From assembly GCA_025594325.1 (NCBI GenBank), contig JANHCV010000014.1, positions 248,001-312,000 on the forward strand: 64,000 nt of DNA, written 5' to 3'. Positions 24,515 to 35,085 of this stretch are shown in pieces (within the stretch, counting starts at the first letter, position 1; every line of letters starts with the position of its first letter). Under the pieces are notes generated by a model. That model did no database searches and had not been told where the DNA came from. It worked only from the letters and a program-made list of their open reading frames with translations. Position numbers and translations under genes: made by a program. This stretch comes from Blastocladiella emersonii ATCC 22665. Its lineage: Eukaryota; Fungi; Blastocladiomycota.

Positions 24515-24533
24515 GGCCGAAACCGTCGGACAC
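22929..24533 (-). pseudogene. PHO8: 5'-truncated duplicate of alkaline phosphatase
   Basis: Identical to the 3523-5108 part of the intact gene, including the intron. It begins at VSDGFGPAS and lacks the promoter, ATG and signal peptide. Confidence 0.9.
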
Positions 24534-24599
24534 TGGCCCGCGTTACCGTCGCCCGTTGCGGCGACGCAATTTCGTACTCCCAGTCGCGCTCTATGACGC

Positions 24600-25200
24600 G
24601 CGCGGCCGCGTTTGGCGTGTATGGCGGTGGCGAGGTCCATTCGCCCGTCTTGCCACAGCCCGACCTCGCGTCACTCGAGCTCGACATTGAGAACACGAGG
24701 TCACTGACGCAGCGCGTGCCGACCGAGCTCGATGCGGGCGGCTGCGGCGAGACGCAGGGCGACGTGGGCGCAGCCGGCGGGTTGCCGTCGGCCGTCGAAG
24801 CCGAGTTGGCGCTCGACGCGTTCCTCGTGGACGAGCCATTGCTCAAGTTCGATAACCCGCTCCGCCCGCCCCCTGCCGCATAGATGGCGGGTCCCGGTGC
24901 CGCGACGGCGGCAGCGGCGGGTCAGTTCTCGGACAACCCCCCGGCACTCGACGCCCGCCCACAGGCCGGCGGCAGGGACGGGCGGGAGCGCTGCGGGCAG
25001 CATCGGCTACACGGCGCTCGGGTTCGGGTCCACGGCGTCGAGCATATTTGGCGGGATCGGCGGCCGGTTCGCGTCGACGGGTCGCGGTACCATGAGCCGT
25101 CTGACCACTACCACCGCCTTCACCTATCCGCCGCCGCTACCACCCGCATCGCTCGTGTCCGTGGGGACGCTCCCGCTGAATTCGTCGTTCGACCCGCTCG
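24600..25200 (+). pseudogene. Diverged internal fragment of the MATH-BTB gene
   Basis: VHSPVLPQPDLASLELDIE..VPTELDAGG..ALDAFLVDEPLLKFDNPLRPPP matches VHSPVFPQPDLPSLDVDVE..VPTELDAGG..ALDAFLADDPMLDFEGPLRPPP at about 55764-56445 on the minus strand. It has stops and indels. Confidence 0.9.
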
Positions 25201-25344
25201 CTCCAAAATCAATCCGCCAGAACACGGGATCGATGGACCCGGTTAAGCTCACGCGATAGACCATCGCGGCGACGCGAACGAGCAGAACGTCGGCTAACAC
25301 GCGCAATAGCACCAAGACGAGAGAGGAGGCGGTCTAGTTCTCAA

Positions 25345-26523
25345 CCCAAACCGCTCGGATGTGCGCGAAAGCCGGGCGGCGCGGCGTGCGTGTGGGCCTT
25401 GCATCTAGGAGCCCATGCGCGACACGTCAACGCCGGACTCTGCCGGTCCGTAACGACCGGGGCGTCGGGGACACTTGGGAAACATAATCCAGCAAGTCCT
25501 TGCCGGTTTCCATTCGATGCGTTCGCAGCAGAGTGGCGTCAGCTGGAGAGCGAGGACGGCCGACTCGACGCGGCGTTCATGGTGACGCCCTCGGCTCACC
25601 TTGGGGCTCACCGACACCTCAGCGTGAAGGCAGCCGTCCAGCGACGCTCGGGGATGGTTTGAGGGCGTCTCACGAAGTAGAAACGCGACGATCGCGTGAG
25701 CCGACGCGGAGACAACGCGTGTCGATGCAGGCAACGGCGTGCGCGTTTGCACCGGAACGCGTCCTTGGACATCGCGAAGCAGTTGCAGCACGCGATGGTC
25801 CAAGCTCTCCTCGATGTCATGGAGCAATATGGAAGGCGGCCGCCGTCGAGCCCAGCGGCGACGCGATGGAGCTGCTAGGCGAGTGGCCCGCGGCAGGCCG
25901 TGGCGGACGTGTTGCTGCGACAGGGCTCGGGCCGCCGGAATCGCTCATGAGTGCCATGAAGACAATGGGGATGTGATGTGGATGCGAGCGGGTCTGCAGT
26001 GCGAGTGCTGGAGGCGGAAACGATGGGGCGCATTAGACAGGTCGGAGGAGATCCGGGACGTCGTCCCTGAGCCGAATCCTCGCTCGCAAGACTGCCCCAG
26101 CGCGTCGTAGACATTGTCTCTCAGGCTCAAGGGTGCCGATCGGGGCTGCCGTGCCCGCGACACCGGCAAAGCGGGTCCCGCCCGCTGCGCGCTCGGGAGC
26201 CTGTCGGAGCGGCCTCGGGACCGCCGTTGCGGGCAGTCGCGCAGGAATTTTGCGGTCCATGATACCGCAAGACGCCTGTGAACGCGCCGTCGAGGGGGAG
26301 ATTTGGAGGGCGAGGCGGCCGCCGTCGTCAGCGTGGATGGGAAACGGGGTGACGCCATGGCGCGTGCCGTGCGACTGTGGCGCAACGCGCTTGTGCTGAG
26401 ACTCGGACCCGGACTCTTTCGCGGCACTATCAAGTGCGTACGATTGGCGCAAGTACCGACGAGAACGACTTGTTGGATCCGTGTCCAGTTGCTCTTGGTG
26501 TCGATGCGAGGCGAAAATCCCCC
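25345..26523 (+). repeat. Diverged outer part of inverted repeat 2 (pairs with about 53903-55125)
   Basis: Shared blocks such as CAGCAAGTC(C/T)TTGCCGGTTTCCATTCGATGCGTTCGC and GCGGTCCATGATACCGCAAGACGCCTGTGAACGCGCCG, separated by many substitutions and indels. Confidence 0.85.
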
Positions 26524-29500
26524 CGCTTCGCGGTCACCGGGGGCCAGGTGCGCGCGCGAATTTGTCTCGGAGCCACCGGAGACGCGTCGGCGAGACGCGC
26601 CACCCGCGCGTTGTATCCGGAAACGCGTCGCACCGACGCGTCGGAAAACTTGTTCTCTCGTCACAACCCGTCGACTCCTTGCAATGCCATCAACCCTTCC
26701 TCTTCCGCACGCGTGTCCCTGCAACACTACCTGCGACTACTCGTCGTGCTCGCGGCCCGCGCCCGAGTATACGCGTGTCGACGCGCGCGAGCAGGCCGCT
26801 CGATCGACGCGGCCGGTCACCGTCCAGAGCTCCGTGTACCACTACCGCTCGTCGCACATGACACACGGGGTGGCGGCACTCCTTTCGCAACGCCGTGCAG
26901 CACCATCCGCTCCGATCATGTCCGGTACGGAGACGGTCGATTCCGCAGGTCGTCGTCGATGCTGACCCGCGCATCCACCCGTGTAAACCGACCGAACATC
27001 GCCACGAGCCCTCAGCATCCCACTTTTCGCCTCCGCGTGCCCTCGGTCATGTTCGGCGGCACCTTTGCTACATCTGGTACGCCAAGAACACGCTTCGCGG
27101 CTTCTGCTGACGCGGCGCACGTCGTTCCAGGCAGGCATCCACGCTCCTCCCCCTCAACGTCCGGCTGGTACGTGCTCCGACTCGTGGCGCTCTCATCGAA
27201 ACGCGTCGCCGTCGGTGATCGATGCGTCAAGATGCAGGTCAAGTTCGACGTGGATCGCGTGGATCCCACTGCGGCAGCAACGACTCGGTGACGGTACGCG
27301 CGTTTTCACGACACCCGTCGCTCGGCTTGTCACTGACCTGGGTCGGCGGCTTCCGCGCAGCAGCGACGACTTCAAGCTCGCACTCGACCGGCTGTACTGG
27401 CGGCGGCGGGGGCGACGGCGGGCTGGTCCGCGACCATTAACTGCTCCTCGTGTTTCTCGCCCAGTTCTCGCAGCACGGCCGCTTCCTCTCGACCGTTGCC
27501 TCAAGCAGAGCGACGGTACGAGTTTTCATGGTCTCGTAGTGGTCGCCATGCCCTCATTGCTCACCCACGTCCGATCTTGTAGTAACCGTTGCGCGGCTGC
27601 CTGCGGCGGGGGCCGCGCGCGCAAGTTCGAGGGACCAAGTCGCTCGACTACTACTACGGCAATACGCTACAACAACGCCTCAAGTCGGCCGCGCTAGACG
27701 CACGACGCTCACGTTCAACGTACGGCATTGGCGCTCGACGCTCGAAGCTCGACCGACCGTGCGGCGCTCAAGTCCAAGATGGCGGGCGGTGTACATTGCG
27801 CCTGCATGGATGGTACGTGTCGTCGCTTCGTCGTCGGTCGCCACGAAAGGTATCACCAATGACCACTCACATCTTGCTGTCGCTGCTGCACTTCACACCA
27901 GATCCTCGCCGTGACTCTCGATTCCGGCGACTCGTGCTCCTCGGCAACACACGACGACCCGAGAACCAGCACGCGCGCGTTCAAGGCCAGCAGCAGCAGC
28001 AGCATCGGGCGTGGGCCGGCTCGCGCTCATCGAGAAGCTCAACACGCACACACTGGTTCGAGGACTCGCTCGCTGGTCGAGATCGAGCGCGCGGCCATGA
28101 TGGCCATGGTCGTGGTCATGATGACTCGCTCAAGCCGCGGGTCGGACGGCAAGGAGCAGCAGTCCAAGCTGGCCATTGTCGTCGTCCATCCCCGAGACCA
28201 CGCGCACCGAGTTCAAGCCGAGCCGCGGGGTAGCTTAAGGTACGCACAAAGTGCTCGCTGCCACCCACAGAATCGTGACTGACGCGTCGCTCTGAGCTAG
28301 GGCGAGTACGACACCACACGACTTTTCGCCGACCAATACTACGCGCGGCGCCGGCTGAGCCTCACGTACTCGTCGTTGCCCTTGTCGAAGCTCAACTTCC
28401 CCCTCTGCGACGACCTCAAGACGCTGCAGGGCGCCCCGACGTCGGTCGTTCCAGAAATGCAACGGCCGCCGCCAGACCGTCTCGATCATCAACTGCGGTC
28501 CATGGCCAAGCTCACGCTCAACACGGTGCTCTCACCAACAGCGCCTCGGCTTCTACGAGTCGACTTCATCGACTTCATCGACTTTCGCGACAAAAACGCA
28601 CGCGCGTCGACCACCAAGCTCCGGCCAGCCACAACACGACGCGACGCGCCGCGCCGCGACGCAACGCGAATGGCCAGCTCAAGTCGGCGGCGAGCGTCAC
28701 GCGGTGGGGTCGGAGGTCAACGTCAACCTGGGACGTGTCGCGCTGGATCTCTCACTCGTGCGAACATGACCGACCACTCACACACTGCTCGCTCGCCCTG
28801 CGCTCTGCGCTTTGCGCTAGAAGTTCATCGTGTGGGCCTCGACCAAGTACTCGCGCGCGACAGTCTGACTGGCCACTCTCTCGCGGCGAATGCTTCCGGT
28901 GCCGCCGCCATGTCCATGGCCCATCGCGTGCGTCCGCGTCGTGATCCCGCCTCGCTTCGTCAGCGCTCCAAGTCGATCCAGATCATCATCATCCGCGCCC
29001 CGCCGACATTGCCGTGTTTGTGTCCGCCGCCGCCGCCGCCGCGCCAGCTTGGCGGTCGTACGACACCAAAGGTACGCTACCGATCTCCTGCCGCCGCGTC
29101 GTCACGGGAAACTGACGCGTCGCTCGAGCCTAGAGGGCTGGAATCTCCCGAACGGAGCACGGCCGGGGCTCCGTTGGCGCGCGACGATGACAACTACGAC
29201 TACTCCAACACCTACGGCATGCACTCGGGCACGCATCTCGGCCGCGAGCTCAAGAAGGGCTACGACGACTCGGTGATCGTCAGCAACCTCGGCTTCGCGC
29301 AGCAGAGGCGACGGCCACGAACTACACGAGATCGAGATGAACGACGGGATGATCGACTGCGAGCTCATCACGATCCACGAGACGACAAAAACGACCTACG
29401 GCATCAACGAGTGGACCGACATTCAGCAGCACTCGAGCAGCGTACCTGGAACGTGTCACCTTCTTCCTTCTTCCGATCATACCCATGCCCCAAGCCTGTG

Positions 29501-30921
29501 ATCGCTGACGCCTGTTCTCCGCGACCGTTAGTAGATGGAAGCCGCGCTACCTCTCCTCGCCCGCATCGATCTGACTCGTGTTCGCGCGCCGTACCGCGTC
29601 CGACAACAAGCTGTCGCGTCGTCGCTCGCTTGTCCGCGGCCAGCTGCTCGCCTTGTACACGTACACGTACACGTACACGGACGGCCTCGGCGGCTACATC
29701 TCCACCACCGCTCCGAGTCATGTACGCGTCGACCGAGACGAGGTCAAGATCAAGGAGAACCGCGGCCGCGGGCGGATCACACGACAACTCGATGATATCG
29801 GTACGCGTGGCCGAGACGAGACGAGACAAGACGAGACGAGACCATCCCCACGGCGGCTCATACTGACCGAGCTGCGCGACAGCATCCGCCGTGTAGCCAA
29901 CTCGACCGTCTTTGAGTCCTTCTTCCTCCGCGCGCCCGTTCTCGCCTCCGTTCTCGCCTCCATCTTCGACGCTGCCGCCACCGCGACCAGCGGTGCTTCA
30001 CAACGACAACGACTTTGTTTCCGTGACGGTACGCTCCGCCTCTTCTGCGCGTAGTGGTTTCGAATGCGGCGGGCTGACGCGCGCAAACCCGGTTCCTCCG
30101 AGCAGGCGATGCACGCTCTCAACGAGAGCTGCCGATCGATCGTATCGCCACCGTCTCTCTTCCTCTTCCTCAAGCGTGTCCGGATCATCATCCTCGTGGT
30201 CGCCTATCTGCTGCTTCGGCAACCTCGACGCCTCGCCACGCTTCGCGTTCGCCATCGTCCAGCCCAGCAGCACGTGTCCGTGGCCTCACGCCGTCGCCAT
30301 GGCCGCGGAGGGCATCGACTATGGTTCATGACCCGCGCGCGACATGATCAGGCTCGGAGCGCGCGCGACACGAACCAACGACTCTCATCCCCGAGCTATG
30401 CGCGCGCACGCTCGAGTCCAAGTCGTCGCCGTGGTCGTGTCGGCGGCGGCGCAGCAGGTCGTCGTCCAGCATGGAACGTGTTTTCCTGGTCGGTCGCTGC
30501 AACCCCCGCTCATTAGCCGATGATCGATCACTCACGCCTTGCTCGCTCGCCGCGCTATGCTAGTAGAGCTGACGCCCGGTTCATTGTGCTTCGAGTCAAA
30601 ACGGCGGCAATTTGACAATGCCGACCGTCCGTTTCGCGAGCAGCATCGACGACGTCGTTCGTGGTCAACAAGGCTGCTGCGACGCGCGCGTCAAGCTCTT
30701 CTTCCTCCACACGTCGGCCTGCTTCCACTACTCGATAGCAAGCTTGCCGCGCAGCACGGCGGCCAAGGCTCGGGTGGCGGGCGACACTACGGTGGGTGGG
30801 TACGCGGCAAGCCAGCCGCTCTCTCGCTCGATGACTTGCCACGGATACTGACCAAGGTTCGCCCGAGTGTAGTGCGATTCGACGCAATGAGGCCGCAGAA
30901 CACGACGAGCGGCCGACGCGC
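26524..30921 (+). repeat. Inverted repeat 2, left identical core (B'); pairs with 49505-53902
   Basis: Mirror ORFs are identical with coordinate sum 80426 (e.g. 28376..29866+ / 50560..52050-, 30064..30516+ / 49910..50362-). Both ends were checked by eye. Confidence 0.97.
27220..30330 (+). pseudogene. Heavily degraded multi-exon gene, tentatively GH114/PelA-like glycoside hydrolase
   Basis: Coding-like C-ending fragments with intron-like gaps: GEYDTTRLFADQYY, DDNYDYSNTYGMHSGTHLGRELKKGYDDSVIVSNLGFAQQ, IRRVANSTVFESFF, IIILVVAY. The family assignment is by recalled motif resemblance only. Confidence 0.3.
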
Positions 30922-31454
30922 GCTTTGCTCTGCGGCCGCGAGAAACGTCGGCAACTGCGACTACTCCTTCCACTCTCTGCTGTTCGCCCAGTTCACTTAA
31001 CAGCTTGCCGCTTCCGAAGTCGGATCTCGTGATGCTGGCGACGAACAGGGTAACGTAATTAGCGGCAATGACAGGCTGACGGAGGCTCGCTAACCGCCTA
31101 TATCAGTCAAATACGAACGTGACAACTGTGACGGTTGTCGTTTTGGAAGTGCGGCACCTGTCGCAGGCGCACTGACGCTGACGCGAGAACAATGAGGAAC
31201 GGCGCGGCGGATGTCTCTAGCAAGCTCAGAACGCTCCACAGAGTCTTGAGGAGAAGCAGAGGTTGTATGTACTCAGTGTTGTTCGTGGGTCGAGCACTCG
31301 AAGCGGGATGGCCCGCGCGACCAACTTGAGCCGCGCGACGTGCGCGGGGCCCTCGAGTTGACGCAACAGCGTGCGTAAGAGGCTCGCGTGTTTTTCACAT
31401 TGGCAGTGTTTTGCCTCTGCCTAGCGACCCGATGGTGAGGGCGAGACGGAATGC

Positions 31455-31477
31455 GAGACGCGTCGGGAAAACACGTG
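31455..31477 (+). promoter_or_regulatory. Composite motif GAGACGCGTCG-GGAAAA-CACGTG (MCB-like plus E-box)
   Basis: About 110 bp upstream of ATG 31589; recurs upstream of other island genes. Confidence 0.55.
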
Positions 31478-31588
31478 GCCGATCCGCCACCCCCTTGCGT
31501 TTCGTTTTTCGCGGAGCGACGTCCGGCGTTCACCTCTTCCCCCGCGGCCCCGATCTACAATGCAAAACTGATGGAGTAACTTGGCGCA

Positions 31589-34500
31589 ATGCACTCAGCA
31601 ACATCGTTTATGCCGACCCAGTCGAGTTTGACGGTCCTTTATGCGGACCCGTCGGACGAATTCGACCCGTTCCGCGACTCGTATGCCACCGACTTGTTTC
31701 TTTACCACGATGCGACCGTGGCCGACCGCAAGCTGAGCGCACTTCTTTGCGGCTTCAATGACTTGCGCTCGGTCGCCAGCACGCTTTACGAGGCGAAGCG
31801 CAAGCACTCGTGCGCACCCATGTCCTTCGTGTTCAACGACATGCGCCCCGAGCCAATCGCTCGCGCGCTCTTGATCCTCCATGCTCTCATGTTTTCGATG
31901 TTGTCCCGCGACGAGGTTGTCCCGATTATTGCACAGTTGTGGTTCTCCGAGCACATCGAGCTCAAGGCGCTTGATTTTTTGAAAGAGCATTTGTGTGGGT
32001 GCCTCGTACTTGACTGGCGCTCAACCTGCACTCGAGTTCGAGTTGCCGACGAGGCGACGCTGCGCGGCGCGCAGTCCTGCTGGCGTCTCTGGCTCGAGCG
32101 GTGCGACGACCCTTCATCGTCAGCTCGCCAGACGCAAAAGCGGAAAAATTTGATCGAGTCCCCCGCTCGCCCGCACCAGGCTGTGGAGGCCCAGGCTACT
32201 CACGCCGCTACCTTGGGTCTGGCCGACGAGCTGCAACCGTCCCGTCAAGCCCACGCGCGGTGCACGATTGGGCGCCACGTCGAGACTGGCACATGCTTCG
32301 CTTCGACATGTAGCAGCGTAGACGATGTCCCTGGGACTGTTGCGAACCCCACGTTCTTTGCAGCAAACGGCGGCACTCCCGGAATCATGCCAGCCGCGTT
32401 CACGGGCTTCCTTTTTGACGTCAGCTGCAACCGTATCGAGCGGGATATGTTTGTTCAACTCGAAAAATGGCTAATGAACCTCTGGGACATGTTCGAACAG
32501 CTCAGCTTCTCTGCCGACGGTGCAGACCACCCGAGCACTTTGAGTCCCCTTTCCCACGAAATTACATTTGTCCTTGGCGACGCGGTCCTCGTCATGGAGC
32601 AGTTTCTTGCTGACTCCGCGCAGCGCTTCGACGTTGTGGATACTTCGGCGCTCATGGATCGCTGCGGTGGCCTGAACCTTGTTCTCCACGGCTCTCACTT
32701 GCTCAAGCACAACCACGCCACGGCGGGCGACAAATCACTTCTCTATATGTGTACTGCCAAGCAAATCGACATGATGACGTCGTATTCCGCCGAGTTCATT
32801 GAAGAGGTGTTCCAGATCTCGGTCCACAGCTTCCCCGAGCTTTTTGGCGTTGCGATCGCGGAGGAGCAAGGCAGTGATTTCGGCCACTGGCTTGCCCATG
32901 TCCGCCCTTTTGCACCGAACGGCCGCGGCTCTTCGGGAGTTGCGCCGTACCGCAACATTACGTTTGTCAAATTGGAGGCCCCCGAGGTGGCCGTATCCGC
33001 CTTGGCCTCCGAGCCGCTTTTGTTGGTCTTTACCAACATGATTGGCATGGACGACGGCTTCACTTCGGTCAAGGTCTCGCGGGGTACGATTTTCCGTAAG
33101 AAACTTTGTTGTCGCTCACGGCTGACTGACTCCATGTCTTTCGTTGCAACTAGGCGGTTTGTTCATAACACCCGCGTTCGGCATCAAGATGGTCGCGAAT
33201 GCGATGGCCTCGCGCCGGCTGTCGTGGGACCGCGCGGCGGCGTACGAGGCGATGCCGTTCTGGTCCGACTCGCTCAACCAAAAACTCTTCCACTCGACGT
33301 TTTGCAACAGCATGCGGGCTCTCACTGGCGAACGCACCGTCCTCGCCTTGACCCACGGCTTTGGGGGCAGTCTGGATGCGATCCGGCGCTACAAACGCGT
33401 GTTTCATGCGACCGCCACTTTCAAGCTTCGCAAACTCGAGGGCGACCTCTCCACGTGCTGCATCAGCGTTTTTATGAACTCGGGCGATCGGACCTATGGC
33501 CACGAAGTGTACGAGAGCTTGAACGTGGTCCACGATCCACGCGGCGGTTGCGTACGTGTATCTTGGTACCTCGATCCCAACCTTGCCAAGGGCCGCTCCA
33601 GCGTCCGCTTCACGCTTCGTGCCGTTCCTGCGCTTCAAGCTTCCTCGGGCGAGTTTAGCTTTGGCGTTGTTGATTCGGAGTGTGTCAGTGACGTCCTTGT
33701 GTTTGACCCGAAGAAACCTCTCGCCAACAGCGCAATTTCGATGACCGAGGTCCCGGTGGCCGATTTGCAGAGCGCGATCCGCGGCGTCATGGCGTACGCT
33801 GCTGCCGCGCCCGCGCCGCCCCGCCGCCCAACGTGGTACCTTCCCGTTCGCGAAACTTGGCGATCGCGGCGAGGACGACTCTACCGCGCTACTGACTCTC
33901 AGCATTCCGCGCGGTCGCGACAAGGTTACTGTCAAACTTATGGCTAACCGCGATCTCCCGCAGTACCGCGGCGCCGTTGCGTTTCTTGTTGACGGGAAGC
34001 CGCAGGTGCTCCGCTTGCCAACCTCGGGGATTGCCACTCACATTGACGTTGACCGCAAAGCGCGCACAGTCTCGGTCTTGGTCCAGAAGCTTGCTCAGGC
34101 CGTTGCGCCAGAGATTGGACTCGGTCCGCTGATTCCGCGATTTGCGTCGTTCGTCAGTTCCCGCCTTGGCCCTCCCGTGTCCTCTTTTGTGCACCTCGCC
34201 GCGCTTCGCACTCTCAGCAACATGTTCACGCTCTGGGAGTGGCCGATTGAATCGCGTGCAGTCGAGCTGTCTGCCACGCCGCCTGAGCGTGACGACGGGC
34301 TCGGCGTATGGGGCGCGACCTCGCTCAAGCTGCTAATCCAGGAAGTGTTTGCTTACGCGGCCGAGCAGGGTGGCGCGTGCGCCATCAAACTCAACGCCAA
34401 GTACGGCGTGATCGGCATGATTTTCGTCCAAAACCCCGTCGTGATTCCGCCGCAGGGCAAGGCGCTCTGGATCACGCCCGCGCTCGACGTTTGCTTCCTG

Positions 34501-34860
34501 TACGTGCCGCCAGTCGCCTCAAAGACCGCATCAGCGGCCGTGCGCGCCAACGTGCGGCGGCTTCGCGAGATCGTCGACCAGGCCGAGACCGCTTACAGCA
34601 CGGCCACGGGTGGGCAGCGCTTCCACGCGATCAAATGGACGAGCGACCACCACGCGGACGTGATTGGCGAGTATCTCGACTACTGCAGCGCTGCCGTCAC
34701 GGACCGCGGGATCCCTGACATCAACCAGTACCCGATGACCAAGCCCGGGACCGAACAGCACGCGGCGGCCACGGCCGCGTCGTTCGAGGTGCTCAAGGGC
34801 GAGCTCAAGCGCGCGCTCCTGCTCCCCATGTTTCCCCATTTTTCTGACGGCCGCCGCTAG
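31589..34860 (+). CDS. DUF4470-like protein (intron 33084-33153; apparent frameshift about 33800-33830)
   Basis: N-terminal ALLCGFNDLRSVASTL..SFVFNDMRPEPIARALLILHAL resembles the DUF4470 GD(L)R..ND...ARN pattern. Splicing joins to the 33144 frame, and coding continues in the 33940 frame to KRALLLPMF. No MYND finger was seen. Confidence 0.6.
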
Positions 34861-34973
34861 CCGTGTCCCTTGTGTTGTATCTGACTCGGGTCCTATTTTT
34901 TTTTTGTTTTCGCATACATTTGCCTCTTCCATCGCCCTCACACCGTCCAACATTCAGGAACGTCTCACGCTGC

Positions 34974-34996
34974 GAGATGCGTCGGGAAAGCACGTG
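34974..34996 (+). promoter_or_regulatory. Composite motif GAGATGCGTCG-GGAAAG-CACGTG
   Basis: About 90 bp upstream of ATG 35086. Confidence 0.55.
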
Positions 34997-35085
34997 GGGT
35001 GGGGGTGGCGCCGCACACGCTGTCGCTGTCAGCTCGAGTTGTGTTGGCGTCGACCTCCGCCGCCGCTCCCGGGAAACGAACCACC

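Noticed and set aside
29657-29840. Microsatellites (TACACG)x4 and (GAGAC)n, mirrored at about 50590-50770
   Set aside because: Short ordinary slippage repeats within a pseudogene.
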